From Eledone cirrhosa (Eukaryota), in the NCBI GenBank assembly GCA_964016885.1, contig OZ024742.1, positions 192,076,001 to 192,140,000 on the forward strand: a stretch of DNA of 64,000 bases. The letters run 5' to 3'. Both the position numbers and the translations under genes were made by a program. Position 1 is the first letter of the stretch, and every line of letters begins with the position of its first letter. Shown here piece by piece: positions 15,712 through 29,739 of this stretch. Under the pieces are notes generated by a model, which made no database searches, had not been told where the DNA came from, and was given only the letters and a program-made list of their open reading frames with translations.

Positions 15712-15890
15712 GGCATTAAAATAGTTAGACCATTATTCATCATTCAACAGAGTACTCGATACGTGGGATAGTAGAGTGTTACTATGTTAGGGAGTGTCTG
15801 GGCTAGACGGCTGCGTTTAAGTCTCAGCTAGATCTAGTCTAGAGCTAGCTGTCGAAACGGCAAGAGTTCAGTCGTCAGGCCCCAGCTCTT

Positions 15891-15892
<2 letters not shown>
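15712..15892. mobile_element. Head-to-head family B fragments with 3' half of hammerhead
   Basis: ctagctgtcGAAACggc..gtcGTC on the + strand. The left part is the reverse complement of the family B tail (actctactatcccacgtatcgagtact). Confidence 0.6.
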
Positions 15893-15920
<28 letters not shown>

Positions 15921-15925
<5 letters not shown>

Positions 15926-16351
15926 GATATCCACGGTAAGTTTTGGGGTCTATTCTGCATGAAGAACTCAATGTAATCCATATGCTGAAAGTGATGTAGG
16001 TTAAGATAAATCGCAGGAAACAATAAAACATTAAATGGAAAATAGAGTCATGATATAAGTTAAAACAATGAAATAAAAAATCAAGTCATTAGAGATATAC
16101 TTCACTGCTTTACGATCGTTTCTAGATGATGATAATTCATTGTAGCTATACTTCGTTATTGATCTATGTAAGGTTGAAAACAGCTGATGATATGCATGTA
16201 AGTAAATATTCTCTTTATCTGATAGTTTATAACTAACCTTACATAGATCAATAACGAAGTATAGCTACAATGTATTCTCATCATCTAGAAACGATCATAA
16301 AGCAGTGAAGTATATCTCTAATGGGTTGATTTTTTTATTTCATTGTTTTAA

Positions 16352-16358
<7 letters not shown>
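15921..16358. mobile_element. Fold-back PLE-type fragment (arms 16053-16175 / 16235-16358)
   Basis: ~123-bp inverted arms. The minus strand has GAAAC gatc GTA (16111-16122), but the CUGANGA box is degenerate. Confidence 0.7.
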
Positions 16359-16418
<60 letters not shown>

Positions 16419-16925
16419 TGTCTATATATATATAATTCAGCGCTCTCATAAAAGAGTGCTCGATAAAATAATGGTGGGTCTCTGTCTGGTTTCAATTGAT
16501 CATACCAGCGGTTGGTTGATATTATTGACTAAAACCAGACAGTGACATGCCCCAGCATGGCCGTAGTCATTAACTGAAAAAAAAAAAGTAAAGTGATAAA
16601 AGAGTGAAAGAAAATCATTTTACAAAAATGACATTTCAGGCTCTATCAAATTTCTAATTCCGGGTGACATTTAATGAAAAATATAACTGTGTATGTATGT
16701 GTGTGGTGTGGGCGTGTTTGGGCATGTGGGTAGAAAATAGATATGTACGTCTGTATAGAGAACATTGACAGGATATTACTACAGTGTTTGTACATTGACG
16801 TCTCGTAGGTCGGAGATGTAAGACAAATTAAAGATTTATCTATTAATCTATATATCCATGTATGTTTGTCTGTCATTCTATCTAACCTATCTATCCAACA
16901 ATCTATCTAGCTCTTTTTCTCTCTC

Positions 16926-16962
<37 letters not shown>

Positions 16963-17014
16963 ATATATATATACATATATATATATATATTCTATCTATC
17001 TATCTATCTATCTA

Positions 17015-17050
<36 letters not shown>

Positions 17051-17094
17051 AAGAGAGAGAGAGAGAGGGAGGTAGAGAGAGGGAGGGAGAGGGA

Positions 17095-17095
17095 G

Positions 17096-17157
<62 letters not shown>

Positions 17158-17158
17158 G

Positions 17159-17215
<57 letters not shown>

Positions 17216-17245
17216 GGATAGATAGATTAGATAAATAAATAGATA
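17095..17245. repeat. (GATA)n microsatellite
   Basis: Direct inspection. Confidence 0.95.
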
Positions 17246-17362
17246 GAGATAGCGATAGAGAGAGAGGGGGAGCGAGAAAGATATATATATATATATATAT
17301 ATATATAGTAATAATAATAAATATGAATGAAGACTGAAATCCGTTCAGAGTGGAAGCAGCGA

Positions 17363-17650
<288 letters not shown>

Positions 17651-17659
17651 TGTATATAA

Positions 17660-17696
<37 letters not shown>

Positions 17697-17931
17697 GTAT
17701 ATAAAACTCTCCCTTTCTTTTATACACGCGCACACAGACACAGGTATATGTGTGTGTGAGGTGGGAGAATAAATCCTAACTTTAATCAAATCTTCCTGAT
17801 GGACGACTAATGTTCCACACATTCAGATATTTCTTTTCCTTCGCCAACAAGCGTGAAACTATATTGTAATTGTATTTCTGTGTATTTCTTTTGTAATCTT
17901 GAACGCACTCCACCGTACACACGTTCAGCCT

Positions 17932-17961
<30 letters not shown>

Positions 17962-17965
<4 letters not shown>

Positions 17966-18039
17966 GTCATCAAATGTGAACTTTGTCGAAATATCTTTTT
18001 TTCTATAAATTTCAACAAATTCCATATTTGATGACCCAA
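17962..18039. mobile_element. Tiny Tc1/mariner-type MITE
   Basis: TIRs ttgggtcatcaaat / atttgatgacccaa, flanked by TA. Confidence 0.7.
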
Positions 18040-18065
18040 TATATATATAGAGAGAGAGAGGAGAG

Positions 18066-18143
18066 AGAGTGGCCCAAAACATGTATACACACTTCACCAG
18101 CATTCTGATAAACATGTGTATAAATTTTGTTGGGACACCCTGT
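18066..18143. mobile_element. Tiny Tc1/mariner-type MITE (CAGGGTGTCCCA-type end)
   Basis: Imperfect TIRs gtggcccaaaacatgtatacac / gtgtataaattttgttgggacaccctg. Confidence 0.55.
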
Positions 18144-18150
18144 TTATATA

Positions 18151-18276
<126 letters not shown>

Positions 18277-18279
18277 TAT

Positions 18280-18315
<36 letters not shown>

Positions 18316-18323
18316 GTAAATAC

Positions 18324-18354
<31 letters not shown>

Positions 18355-18389
18355 CATATATATATGCATATATATATATGTATATACAT

Positions 18390-18446
<57 letters not shown>

Positions 18447-18456
18447 ATAGCAATAC

Positions 18457-18488
<32 letters not shown>

Positions 18489-18491
18489 AGG

Positions 18492-18602
<111 letters not shown>

Positions 18603-19782
18603 GAGTACAAGTCGCAACAAGTTTTCCGCATGCTCTACAGCTATATACATATACACACATACGCCAAATACATGTCAGTACATGTTATTCCATATACCGT
18701 ATGTTTGCTTTGAAGTAAATATTTACAGGTCTTCATATGTAGCCGGATATCATGTATAGTAACCATCAATGTATTATTTCTTGAGTACTGATGCATATCT
18801 TCTTATAACATGGTTCCCTATGCATCACTGGCTTTTGTACTGTAAAAACATTTATACAGTCATACATACAGACCCATGTAATAAAACAGAAAATGAAGGT
18901 GTAATATTTAATACAATTCATATGATCAAAGATGGCTATATACCCACTCGCCAAATGAGTGTTGTAACACGCTAGGTAGGGTGTAAAGCAACAAGGACAT
19001 GGAGCTAGAGAATAGTCGGGGCCCCTAGCATCGACTCACAAGGAATTTTATATAAATGTAATTCTGCACGTTGTGAAATTCCCTAAACGATACTTGCCGG
19101 CCTAATACTAAAATTAAGTGACATGCGAATATAGGGCCGAATTAATGCAACAAGGGGCGCTTGGCCAGAGAATATTTGCATCCCACAGCAAGAAATGATA
19201 AAAATCAAAATAACATAAATGTAAGCTTACGTGTAGAAACTATGCTGAAACTTCAATATCGATCTATACGGACCTCTAAAAGAGAAGTAACACTCCAAAA
19301 CAAAAATGAATGAATTTAACTACAAATACATAATTATAAATATTCCGTAGCTATATTTCAATGTTTTCTTAAATATCTACAAACATAAACATTAAATTAA
19401 TAGTTGATATATACATATATATATCAAATATACACATCAAACAATGACAGGGGTAATTTGTAAAGAGTGCTAACACACATAGTTTCGGAGGTAACATATT
19501 ACAAATTGACAAGAACCTTGAATATATATACCTTGCAATAATGATTAATCTCCTTTGTATATATTCCATTAAAGAAATATATTTCACCATTAATCAGTAA
19601 ATCACAGATGCTAAGTCTTGTATCATCGGCAAATGAAAAGATTTAACTATCTACTTGTTAGTACGAGAGAGTGTGTATATATATATATATATATGTGTGT
19701 GTATATATATATATGTTTACTAGATGGTGATGTGAACAACACGTCGGACTAGTAGCATATCAATGGAAACTTACATCTCGAT

Positions 19783-19850
19783 TCGTCTGAAGAGAACGTG
19801 TAAGGTTGCTATTATATAACTACCTTACATCTTCGAAATACCTCTAACGA
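19783..19850 (+). ncRNA. Type I hammerhead ribozyme within a TA-flanked PLE-type 3' fragment (19718-19900)
   Basis: tcgt CTGAAGA gaa..tgtaagg/ccttaca..ttc GAAA tacct CTA acga, followed by two AATAAA. Confidence 0.7.
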
Positions 19851-19899
19851 TTTACATAATAAAATGAAGATGTACGAATAAAGCCGTCTTTCTTATTTA

Positions 19900-20512
<613 letters not shown>

Positions 20513-20980
20513 GGTGATGCCACAGGTCTTCCTACATATAAACATACATCGAATTATGAGGCCTTTGGTTGCTGCTTTCTCAGGTCCACTCGAGTTCGCT
20601 CTTTGGTTTCTCCGAACAACAGCTTACAGTCATAATGTATTAATCGGTCTTCCCTTCCTTGATTGCTTCCTAGTCAGACGTAAGTATCTTCATCTTCGCC
20701 ACTCCCAAATAACACGTAACCTTCCCCATATCCTCAGAGGCGTACGCTGTTAGATGTTAATGATGTATTAGTGTGGATTTCAACAAATATTCTGTCTTGA
20801 TCTTTGGCGGAGTACACATGTTATCTCCTTTCAAATCAGTATATGATTTCACGTTAGTCTTAGTTTCATCAAACCCTCAATTAGGTAGATATGTTGACAG
20901 ATTTATATGCTAGATAATGATTTAAATAGTTAGACAGGCAGTTATATATATATGTACATGTGTGTGTGCGTGTGTATTCA

Positions 20981-21220
20981 TTATTTAATATAGAAATGGC
21001 TTCTACAGGAATAGAACTGTTTCATTCGAATGAAATAAACAGGAATGTCGAGTGCATTAGAGAGTATCAACAACTCTCTATATCTCTCGGCATTCCAGAT
21101 GATTTCACACGAATGAAACAGTTCTCATCTTGTAGAAGCCACTTCAAAATTAAATAAATATTGTTTAAACTCTACTGATGTAATGAGTACATTTTTAACT
21201 GAATTTAATCCCGATTTCAC
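20981..21220. mobile_element. Family A fold-back element (diverged arms) with hammerhead 21093-21137
   Basis: ttc CAGATGA tttcacacgaat GAAACAG ttctcatc TTGT A gaa. The left arm 20981-21058 is its reverse complement. Confidence 0.7.
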
Positions 21221-21245
21221 TCTCTCTCTCCGTCTCTCTCCCTCC

Positions 21246-21313
<68 letters not shown>

Positions 21314-21761
21314 AGAGAGAGAATGATAGATAGATAGATGAATAAAGGTAAATTAAAAGTGTGTGAGGTGTGATACAAAGAAAGAGTAAGAACACTTGTA
21401 AGGAAGTCATCACGCCGTTATACATATTTATCTACTCCATGAAAAGGAACTATTTACATCTGTCAGTCATACATACACACATCTACACACACACACTCAT
21501 ACAGAAATACTAAAAATTATCTATGTATACACACGCACGTATCTACAAACTCACATATCTGAACACATGCACACACATACATAAACACACACACACACAC
21601 ACGCACACACACACACACGCGCGCACACACACAGACGCGAACGCACACACACACGCGCGCACGCACACACACATACCCTCATACAGAAATACAAACAAAC
21701 TTACGTGCACACTCACATGTATCTACATACACACACACACACCCATAAACACCTCTGCACA

Positions 21762-23930
21762 ATACCACTAACACCACCGACATCTCCAACACCATCACCA
21801 ACACTAACACAGTCACCAACAACACCACCACCAGCAATAACACTACCAACATCAGCCCCACCACTAACACAACCACCAATAACACCAACACCACTAACAC
21901 CAGCACTAACACCACCACCATACAACCACCACTAACACAACCGCCAATACCAACACCATTAGCACTAACACCACCACCATACAACCACCACTAACACAAC
22001 CACCAATAACACCAGCACTAACACCACCACCATACAACCACCACTAACACAACCGCCAATACCAACACCATTAGCACTAACACCACCACCATACAACCAC
22101 CACTAACACAACCACCAATAACACCAACACCACTAACACCAGCACTAACACCACCACCATACAACCACCACTAACACAACCACCAATAACACCAACACCA
22201 CTAACACCACCACCATACAACCACCACTAACACAACCGCCAATACCAACACCATTACCACTAACACCACCACCATACAACCACCACTAACACAACCGCCA
22301 ATACCAACACCATTAGCACTAACACCACCACCATACAACCACCACTAACACTACCACACCTAACACCACCACCACCAGGAATACCACTACCAACACGAAT
22401 GCCAACGCCGCCAATATCACCACCACTAACACCACCACACCTAACACCATCACCAACACCACCAGGAACACCACAACCAATACCAACACTAACACCACCA
22501 CTAACACCACAACCACCACCAACACCACTATCACAACCACCACTACCACCACCAACACCACCACCACCACTAACACAACCACCACTAACACCACCACCAA
22601 CACCACTATCACAACCACCACTACCACCACCAACACCACCACCACCACTAACATAACCACCACTAACACCACCACCAACACCACTATCACAACCACCACT
22701 ACCACCACCACCAACACCACCACCACCACTAACACCACCACCAACAACACTATCACAACCACCACTACCACCACCAACACCACCACCACCACTAACACAA
22801 CCACTACTAACACCACCACCAACACCACTATCACAACCAACACTACCACCACCACCAACACCACCACCACCACTAACAAAACCACCACTAACACCACCAC
22901 CAACACCACTATCACAACCACCACTACCACCACCAACACCACCACCACCACTAACACCACCACCACTAACACCACCACCAACAACACTATCACAACCACC
23001 ACTACCACCACCAACACCAACACAACCACTAACTCAACCACCAGTAACACCACCACCAACACCACTATCACAACCACCACTACCACCACCAACACCACCA
23101 CCACCACTAACACAACCACCACTAACACCACTACCAACACCACTATCACAACCACCACTACCACCACCACCAACACCACCACCACCACTAACACAACCAC
23201 CACTAACACCACCACCAACACCACTATCACAACTACCACTACCACTAACACCAACACCACCACCACCACTAACACAACCACCACTGACACCACCACCAAC
23301 AACACTATCACAACCACCACTACCACCACCAACACCACCACCACCACTAACACAACCACCACTAACACCACCACCAACACCACTATCACAACCACCACTA
23401 CCACTACCACCAACACCACCACCACCACCACTAACACAACCACCACTGACACCACCACCAACACCACTATCACAACCACCACTACCACCACCAACACCAC
23501 TAACACAACCACCACTAACACCACCACCAACAACACTATCACAACCACCACTACCACCACCAACACCACCACCACCACTAACACAACCACCACTAACACC
23601 ACCACCAACAACACTATCACAACCACCACTACCACCACCAACACCACCACCACCACTAACACAACCACCACTAACACCACCACCAACACCACTATCACAA
23701 CCACCACTACCACCACCAACACCACCACCAGCACTAACTCAACCACCAGTAACACCACCACCAACACCACTATCACAACCACCACTACCACCACCAACAC
23801 CACTAACACAACCACCACTAACACCACCACCAACAACACTATCACAACCACCACTACCACCACCAACACCACCACCACCACTAACACAACCACCACTAAC
23901 ACCACCACCAACAACACTATCACAACCATT
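21762..23930. repeat. (ACC/ACT/AAC)-based satellite with higher-order units
   Basis: ~59-bp units at 21900-22330, then ~70-80-bp units containing aacaccactatcacaaccaccactaccaccacc. Confidence 0.9.
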
Positions 23931-24783
23931 AATACAAACACATCAGCTTTACTAACAAGCAACTATTGCAGCATCTATAACCTAATAACTCTTCGTGTAG
24001 AAAGGAAAAAGTATTGGGTGTATGGAGGGGTGCAGATATGTTCTTTGGGGATTAATTACAGGTATGTGAGCGATATTGCAAAGGTAGGCGGATGCCAAGG
24101 AACAGCTCTAAATGGTTTAATTAACTTCAACAGTGTGACCTGTCTTAATGCAGAAAGCTTGATATACACACGCTCACTGGAATTTATATAGCAGATGTAT
24201 TATACACACCTGGGTTAGATAGAGATAAACATATATGCAAGCCTATATGAATATATGAATAAATATATACATGAATAGCTATACATATGCATATAGGTAA
24301 ATGCATTAAGAAACACACCCACACTTATCGGCGCCTGAGCGGATGTGGACATATATGTTTGTTTATTTGTGTATATACGTTTGTATGTACATATATATAT
24401 ATATGCATGCATACACACTTACATACATACATATGTATGAATGTGTGTATATGTGCAAATATATATAAATATTTGTAAGTATGCATATATGATATATATA
24501 TATATACTTATATATATGTGTGTGTGTAATTTGTGTGTGCGTGTGTGTATGCGTGTGTGTGTGTGCGTGTTTGGATGTGTGTGTCTTTACATATATATAG
24601 ATAAGTAATGTACAGTGCAAGAATTTACTTGATCCGTGACATTAGATAGGAGATATATAATTCTAACGAACAACATAGCATACATAATATATTACATTCA
24701 TGATCACATACATATTTAATACACTTAACAGCGGCAATATTCACACACATATACGCATACACACACAACGCGCGCGCACACAG

Positions 24784-24936
<153 letters not shown>

Positions 24937-25034
24937 TATATATATATGTAAAAGGTAAACAGAAATAACAACACAATCGGTACAGTATATGGAAGTTATA
25001 TATTAGGTTAACGCTTGATATAGCAGGAAGAGGG

Positions 25035-25070
25035 TCTTAACGTTTCGGACGCTAGTCCTTCATCAGAAGA
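25035..25070 (-). ncRNA. Minimal (dimer-type) hammerhead ribozyme of the PLE pLTR
   Basis: tctt CTGATGA a ggac tagc gtcc GAAAC GTT aaga. The loop-less palindromic stem III is AACGTT. Confidence 0.8.
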
Positions 25071-25154
25071 AAGAATGAGAAATAACAAATAGATTGAGGG
25101 GACGGGTGGGAGAGAATTGGAAAAAAATGTCTTTAGATAAAATTAACAGGTCCA

Positions 25155-25208
<54 letters not shown>

Positions 25209-26099
25209 TATATACACAGTTCAAGAGTAACCAATCTTAAAGAGAGGGATGGAGATAGTAGAGTAGATATGATAGGAAAGATTGGTTAGTTAGTTAGAAG
25301 CCAAAGCGTAAAGGCATGTGCTCAATGTGCAATATGCAGTAGAAAGCAGCTAGGTGGCTGGGTTCATGCGGAGGTTAGGTGCGCAAAGCTGGAAATATTC
25401 ATTAGTTAAGCTAAACAAGACCACAAATTTCACAAGGAAGACATTATTAAAAGATTGTCAACATATTTTAGTTTGATGTAAGGAATGTAGAGAATAATAA
25501 TAATAATAATATTAATAATAATAATGTCCGTTTACAATTGTTTCGCTACTCCGTATAATATTTCTGGATCAGATGACTATGTATCATAATTAATCTGGTT
25601 CAGTTGAACATAATTAACATATTTTTAAAAAAAAACAGAGTGGCTCATCGGAACTCAAAGGAGTATAAATTAAAATAATGTTACATAATATAATGTTCCA
25701 TATATTAGTTTTTATTATGGTGCCTTGGTTGCATCAGCTGTCAGCCATAATCAAGCAGTACTCATCTGTCGAGGTTGCATTGTGTGAGATCTGCCTATGG
25801 GTAACAAGATGGCTGCCAAAGGGCATATTTACCTTACTAATTAGAGGGTGGTTTCAGGGGAAGTAACTTCTCGAGAGATTAGAGATTGTGTGTATTTTAT
25901 AGTTATGTGCTAGTATTTAAATTATTTAATTGAGAGACAATGAATGGGAGGTAACTTATAATTATCGAGTTGTTCTTAGCAATTTAACTTATTAGCTACA
26001 ATTAGAGATGGGGCTACATGACTAAGTTGGGTCAAAAACTCTATTGGCGAAGGAATTAGACCTTCGATGTTGACAGCTAATAGTTACCTCCGTTCTATC

Positions 26100-26913
26100 G
26101 TTAATTGGTAGAGGTCGTGATAGAGTTATGTAATATGCTTCCGTAACACAGAGATCACAAGATTTCCTTCGTCCATTGAACGGTTGGGCCCATAGCTACG
26201 ATATCCCATTTTAGTGAGTGTTGAACTTTGTTTAATTTAAGGCTTTTAATGAGCCTAGCTAGCGATGTCGAACATCTGTTGCTAGGGTCTCGGAAGGAAA
26301 AAGAGTGCGCGTTATAGCGTACCTTAAAAGGGTTAGAGGTAGGCCCGATATAAGAGCTGGTATTCGAAGCAGTCTCAACTGTGCACCTATAGACTATGTT
26401 GGGTGTCAGGCAGTGTCCATTTAATGGGCATGCACCGGGGTACCGGCAGTTGCAGTTGCTTCTGCGGTTAGTGAGAGTAGGGTTATTTAACCTAAGCAGT
26501 TGGTCCGTGCTAAAAGGATTAGATGGGGGAGGTGTGCTACTAGAGAAATAATTGGTGTAGTGGCGTGGTGTATTTGATAGGGGTGGTGGTACCGCGGTGT
26601 GAGAGTTATACTGTCTTAGCTTATGTTGGTTACTGAATGCGATGTGGCTAGCTAGGTTAGGTGTTGTGGAGAATGAGATTTTAATGTTGTTTTTATTAAA
26701 GAGTTTGTAATATCTATGGTTAGAGAGGAAGTGTTTGGATAGGATAGAGATGAAGCGATTGGGGATATTAGTGGCTAGATTAGATGAGAATGGTGGGTTA
26801 AGCCAGGTGATATTTCTAGGTCTATTCCTTCTAGGGGTTCTAGTGGAGTTGGTAGGGGCCTTCCTAGGATTATTATTACCTGGGGGTTTGTTATTTGTCA
26901 TCCCATTTCTCAT
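26100..26913 (-). pseudogene. PLE linker, Cys motif and GIY-YIG endonuclease (frameshifted)
   Basis: ITWLNPPFS, CNCRYPGACPLNGHC, IVYRC..YIGPT..FKVRYNAH. Confidence 0.9.
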
Positions 26914-27032
26914 TCCTATTCTAGGGTTGATTCTTCGTTTGCTACTAGGAGTGGGGAGGAGGCCGCTGCCACCATTAAAATTCTCTGTATAGGTGCTGTT
27001 ACTGCTAACATTCCGGCGAATCTGGCTATATG

Positions 27033-27580
27033 CTAAGGTATTTCTAGTTCTAGTGTTAAGTTTATTATGGTGAGTTGCTGTGATATGGCATTTTGGTATG
27101 TAATAAATTGATTGTTTATAACCAGATTCAGAGAAGCCTTATTATAATATTGTGCGTGGTTTATAAATATCTCTTCATTTGCTGATAGCATTGAGATCCT
27201 ATAGGAGATAGATTTGATTACTGCTCTGATGACTACCGGTGGGTGGTTAGAGTGAGGGCTAATATATGTGAGTATTTCGCCTGGTTTATGGTAAGGGTCA
27301 TAAAGGTTATTGTTGAGATCAAGGGTGACGTCTAGGAAGTTTACTACTTTATGGTTCAGCTCGATGGTGATAGAGAGACCGTTATTTTTGAAGAATCTAT
27401 GAAATTGTTTCTTAAGCAAATCGATTCCCCGATTAGTGCAATTGTGGACTGCAAATAGGGCGTCGTCCCTGTATATTCCACCTTGCATGGGTTGGATTTC
27501 GGCTGTGATGTTACGTAATAGGTAAATCCCAACTAAATCGGTGATTTGCGCGGAGTTACTTGAGTCCATCGTAATGTCAA
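27033..27580 (-). pseudogene. PLE reverse transcriptase, C-terminal motifs and thumb
   Basis: GIYRDDALF, VNFLDVTLDL, YHKP..YISPHSNHPP..SYRISMLS. Confidence 0.9.
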
Positions 27581-28425
27581 AAAACTAAAAATAAACAAAG
27601 TTCAACACTCACTAAAATGGGATATCGTAGCTAGGGCCCAACCGTTCAATGGACGAAGGAAATCTTGTGATCTCTGTGTTATGGAAGCATATTACATAAC
27701 TCTATCACGACCTCTACCAATTACCGATAGAACGGAGGTAACCATTAGCTGTCAACATCGAAGGGCTAATTCCTTCGCCAATAGAGTTTTTGACCCAACT
27801 TAGTCATGTAGCCCCATCTCTAATTGTAGCGAATAAGTTAAATTGCTATGAACAACTCGATAATTATAAGTTACCTCCCCTACATTGTCTCTCAATTAAA
27901 TAATTTAAATACTAGCACATAACTATAAAATACACACAATCTCTAATCTCTCGAGAAGTTACTTCCCCTGAAACCACCCTCTAATTAGTAAGGTAAATAT
28001 GCCCTTTGGCAGCTATCTTGTTACCCATAGGCAGATCTCACACAATGCAGCCTAGACAGATGAGTACTGCTTGATTATGGCTGACAGCTGATGCAACCAA
28101 GGCACCATAATAAAAACTAATATATGGAACATTATATTATGTAACATTATTTTAATTTATATTCCTTTGAGTTCCGATGAGCCACACTGTTTTTTTTTTT
28201 AAATATGTTAATTATTTTCAACTGAACCAGATCAATTATGATACATAGTCATCTGATCCAGAAATATTATACGAGTAGGGAAACAATTGTAAACAGACAT
28301 TATTATTATTAATATTATTATTATTATTATTCTCTACATTCCTTACATCAAACTAAAATATGTTGACAATCTTTTAATAATGTCTTCCTTGTGAAATTTG
28401 TTGTCTTGTTTTGCTTAACTAATGA

Positions 28426-28540
<115 letters not shown>

Positions 28541-29122
28541 TAAACATATATATATATTTATATATATATATATATATATATGTTTATGTATATATATATA
28601 TATATATATGAATGGACCTGTTAATTTTATCTAAAGACATTTTTTCCAATTCTATCCCGCCCGTGCCCTCAATCTATTTTTTATTTCTCATTCTTTATAT
28701 ATATATATATATAGAGAGAGAGAGATAAATCTACCAAAAGTTTACGGTAGTGTCCAATATATATATATTTGTATATATACATATACATAAACATATATAT
28801 TTTTTTATGTTGAGGTTGAGGTTGTCTTTTTCTGGGTATACTCTTTTACTCTTTTACCTGTTTCAGCCATCCGGCTGAGGCCATGCTGGGGCACCGTGTC
28901 AATATTTATTTATAAAACAAATCTGTATTTTATCTGATGAAAGCGCACCATAACCTACCTTGGTTGCCTTTGAAATATATATAATAAAATAATTATGGTT
29001 TTATAAATATAGTTTCCATTTATTAATATATTGTATATTTACTCCACTAAATTGTTGAGTGCTTTATATAAGTTATAAAAATGTTTAAGCTTGTTGAATC
29101 CCAACAAATTAAATATAACCTC

Positions 29123-29173
<51 letters not shown>

Positions 29174-29176
29174 GAT

Positions 29177-29371
29177 TATTTTATAGAAGGAGCTTCTACA
29201 GGACTAGTACTGTTTCATTCAGATGAAATCTTCAGGAAGCTCTGAAGATTTCATCTGAATGAAACAGTACTAGTCCTGTAGAAGCTCCTTCTATAAAATA
29301 AAAAATTTTACTCTGCCATGTATTGAGTACCTTACTTACTGTGGTTATCCCCGACTCAACCCGGGACCTAC

Positions 29372-29372
<1 letters not shown>
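29177..29372. mobile_element. Family A fold-back element, perfect 59-bp arms with 6-bp spacer
   Basis: 29177-29235 is the reverse complement of 29242-29300. Spacer gaagct. The 3' tail runs to 29372. (TA)n on both sides. Confidence 0.9.
29191..29241 (-). ncRNA. Canonical type I hammerhead ribozyme (family A)
   Basis: agcttc CTGAAGA tttcatctgaat GAA ACAG tactagtc CTGT A gaagct. 6-bp stem I, 4-bp stem III, GUA triplet. Confidence 0.85.
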
Positions 29373-29417
<45 letters not shown>

Positions 29418-29739
29418 TTGTGGGTGTACATATGTGCGACGTGTATATATGGCCAGATTAATAAATAATCAATATAGTGAACATTTCCACTGGGATGTGT
29501 AATTTCTTATAATCACTTTTATATATATTGTTTATTATGGCTAAATGATGACTGTCGTTACTCTGGAGCTTCACCTTCATACTCACTGGATCATCCGATA
29601 ACACATGTCTGATAATCCGGCACGTATATAGATAAAACTCCAGAATAAAAGACTCATCATTTAGTTATTATGCGTGTGCATGTGTGTGTGTGTGTGTCTG
29701 TGTGTGTGTGTCTAGATGTTGGAGTAATTGCGAGGAGGA

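Noticed and set aside
22319-23962. 547-aa poly-Val ORF on the minus strand
   Set aside because: It is the antisense reading of an ACC-type satellite.
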